DNA of 64,000 nt, from assembly GCF_021028975.2 (NCBI RefSeq), contig NC_059439.1, forward strand, positions 21,948,001-22,012,000, read 5' to 3'. A program made the position numbers and the translations under genes. Below are positions 61,498-64,000 of this stretch, one piece after another (positions within the stretch are counted from its first letter, which is position 1; every line of letters starts with the position of its first letter). This stretch comes from Sphaerodactylus townsendi. Its lineage: Eukaryota. Below the pieces are notes generated by a model. The model was not told where the DNA came from. It made no database searches and saw only the letters and a program-made list of their open reading frames with translations.

Positions 61498-62463
61498 ATG
61501 GAGCCTCCATGCCAAACATTGCAGAAGAATGTCACCACTCGGTCACTGCCGAATTTATACTCCTGGGATTCTCTCCGAGTGACCCTGAAACCCAACTCAT
61601 TCTATTTGGCGCCTTCCCTGCTTTATCTACGTAGTGGCCTGATGGGAAACATTCTTATCCCTTTCTTACTCATCAGCTTGGAGGACAAACTTCACACAGC
61701 CCCATGTACTTCTTCCTGGCCAACCTCTCTATGGTAGACATTGGGTATACAACAGCCATTGTCCCCAAGATGCTGATGAATTACCTCTCCCAGGAAAAAT
61801 CTATCTCTCTATCTGGTTGCTTATCCCAACTGTTCTTCTTTATCTCTTTTGGTGGCATTTGAATGTCTCCTGCTGGGAGTGTCATAGCTGTGATGACCGA
61901 TATGTTGCCATTTGCCATCCTTTGCATTACAGCGTGTTCATGAGCTGCAAAGTCTGTGCCTCTTTAGCAGCCACTGCTTGGATTCTGGGCTTGGCTAATT
62001 CAGGTGTACACACTGGCCTGATGTCCCGTTTGTCTTTTTGTCAGGACAATGTCATCCATCACTCTTTCTGTGACGTTCCACCTCTCTTGCAGCTTTCTTG
62101 CTCCAACACTCAAATCAATCAGATTGTTGTCTTTGCGGTGGGTGGAAATGTGGTCATTGGTTCCTTTGTATTGTTGACGCTAGTGTCTTATGTCTATATA
62201 GTGGCATCCATCCTCAGGATCATTACACAGGATGCGCCTCAAAGCCTTCTCCACCTGTGCTTCTCACCTGACTGTTGTCAACATATTTTATGTCCTGCCA
62301 TCTTTACCTACTTTCTCCAGCTCTCCTTCCTCTTCTAAAAGAGAATCAGGCCCTTTCTGTATGTATGGGATCATTGCACCTATGTTTAATCCAATAGTAT
62401 ACAGCTTGAGGAACAGGATGTTGCTAAATGCCCTTCAAAAAAGTAATAGGTAAGGTGAGATAG
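61498..62463 (+). pseudogene. OR5V1-like OR with many frameshifts (paralogue of 35543-36509)
   Basis: MEPPCQTLQ start after a TTCACAG acceptor; DRYVAICHPLHY, KAFSTCASHL and NPIVYSLRN lie in different frames. Confidence 0.85.
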
Positions 62464-62936
62464 AACTGATGTGTTTTCAGAGCTCAAATGACCATGTTTT
62501 CAAGAAACTTTGACATTCTGAAACTGATTGACACTGATTGACACTAAAGATCAGTATTGAAGATGAATCATGGCTTTCATGGGTCCCCTCTGAGGAAAAT
62601 CTGAACTTAGTATAGGCAATGAAGAGCTCAAGCTTGCCCAACCTTTTGCTAAGCCAAGAGTATTTTCTTGCTAATTTCCCTTTCTGAAAGGGACAGACTC
62701 CCACCATTTTGGGTAACAATATATGCATATATAGAGATGGCTATAGGGATTGATCAAAATACCCCTTCAGGACAGATGAGTGGAAAGACATCTTTTGATC
62801 ATATGCCATTGTACAGCTCTAATCTATAGTAAAATAAACAGTTTATATTGGGTGTCCTTTAGTGTTATTAAGAATGTTCTTCCTAAAGCCTCCTATTTTC
62901 ATTGGCCTGGCCATATTCCAAGGAGCTTGGGATGAG

Positions 62937-63517
62937 AAACTGAAACTTCGTGCAAAATGCAGCAGCCAGGCTCCTTTCGAGGGAGCCAACATCTAGGGAC
63001 GGATGCGCCCGGTCCTATACCAACTACACTGGCTGCCAATTCAGTACGGGTCATGTTTAAAGTTTTGGTACTGACAGCAAAAGCCATTTGAGGCCTTGGC
63101 CCTGTATCTGAGGACTATCTCCCTATATAGCCCCTCTAGGCCTCTCTGCTCATGAGAGCAGACCTACTGGTGATCCCTGGCCCCAGATCCGGCTGGCCTC
63201 TACAAGGCCAGGGCTTTTCTGACTCTGGCCTCTACCTGGTGGAACAGGCCAGTGAGATCAAGGCCCTCTTGGGACACAGAGTTTCCGAGGGCCTGTAAAA
63301 TGGACCTGTTCCGCCAGGCATTTGGCCAGCGGGATTATTTCAACCATATAAGAACAGCTGGCAGCCTCCTTGGGTACACAAAGGTTGAAGCCATCTGCAA
63401 GTTTGAGTATTTTATGTATTATTATTATATGTTTTAAATTGCTTTATGACTGATGGACACCGCCCTGAGCCTTTATTGCAGGGCGGTGGTATATAAATAA
63501 ATAAATAAAATAAATAA
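62937..63517 (+). mobile_element. L2 LINE 3' fragment, copy-specific
   Basis: Degenerate LHWLPIQYGSCLKFWY/FKVLVLT-type L2 C-terminus, CGCCCTGAGCC..GGGCGG stem and (AAAT)n tail; absent at ~37130. Confidence 0.75.
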
Positions 63518-63892
63518 CTAGTCCTTTCCTCCTTTCCCCATCTTGGCAATCCTGTAGAATTAGGAGTAGGGTGAAGGATATATGATTGCTTCAAGATTAC
63601 ACAGTGCATATTACGGCCAAATTGGAAGTGACGTTAGGTGTGTGCAGCAAAACACTGTTTTTTCTAGCAGATTTAATAGTAGTCTGGTCATGGATCTGTA
63701 GAAACCTGCTGCAGTTTTATTGCCATATCTCAAAAAACAGCTCCCCATCAATGAGTCTCTGCAAAGAAGACTTTCCATAGGCTTCAATGGAGGCATTTTT
63801 CCTCTACACTGAAATCTATGGGAAATCCTGGAAAGTGGGGAGCCAAAATGTTCAGCTTTTTTCACATTTGCCTTGTTCAGATCCAGTCAAAT

Positions 63893-64000
63893 GCAGTTAA
63901 GTAGAGGAGGTTAGGAGCTTCGTGTATCTAATCTGGAGGAACTGGGTTTGATTCTCCGCTCTGCCGCCTGAGCTGTGGAGGCTTATCTGGGGAATTCAGA
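63893..64000 (+). mobile_element. Squam3-like SINE 5' part (paralogue of 37507)
   Basis: Same flank (CAGTCAAATGCAG) and SINE head. Confidence 0.8.

Larger units (their letters stand above)
59156..64000 (+). repeat. Segmental duplicate of 34283-37610
   Basis: Colinear homology covering the Penelope remnant, OR, 3' flank and terminal SINE; copy-specific inserts at ~60120-61330 and 62937-63517. Confidence 0.9.

Overview
Vertebrate genomic DNA from a squamate reptile, probably a gecko (inferred from the tRNA/CORE-type SINE and the CR1, L2, Rex1, Penelope, hAT and Harbinger repeats). There are two N-gaps. Bases ~1.7-9.4 kb hold the last four exons of an unrecognised + strand gene. Its exons all splice in phase 1 and give at least 829 codons: two LOTUS/OST-HTH-like winged-helix domains, a ~570-aa Pro/Ser/Gln-rich tail with internal repeats, and a terminal CaaX box (CVLL-stop). 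This is the most interesting object in the window. Bases ~13.7-64 kb are a co-oriented olfactory receptor cluster: 6 intact ORs (two OR14-like, four loosely OR5V1/OR10-like), 2 frameshifted ORs whose lesions look like long-read errors, and 3 OR fragments. The cluster was built by local segmental duplications. The paralogous copies supply empty sites that define several insertions exactly: a Helitron, hAT and Harbinger MITEs, a SINE and an L2. Penelope remnants carry minimal hammerhead ribozyme motifs. All family assignments are by motif recognition only; no searches were run.
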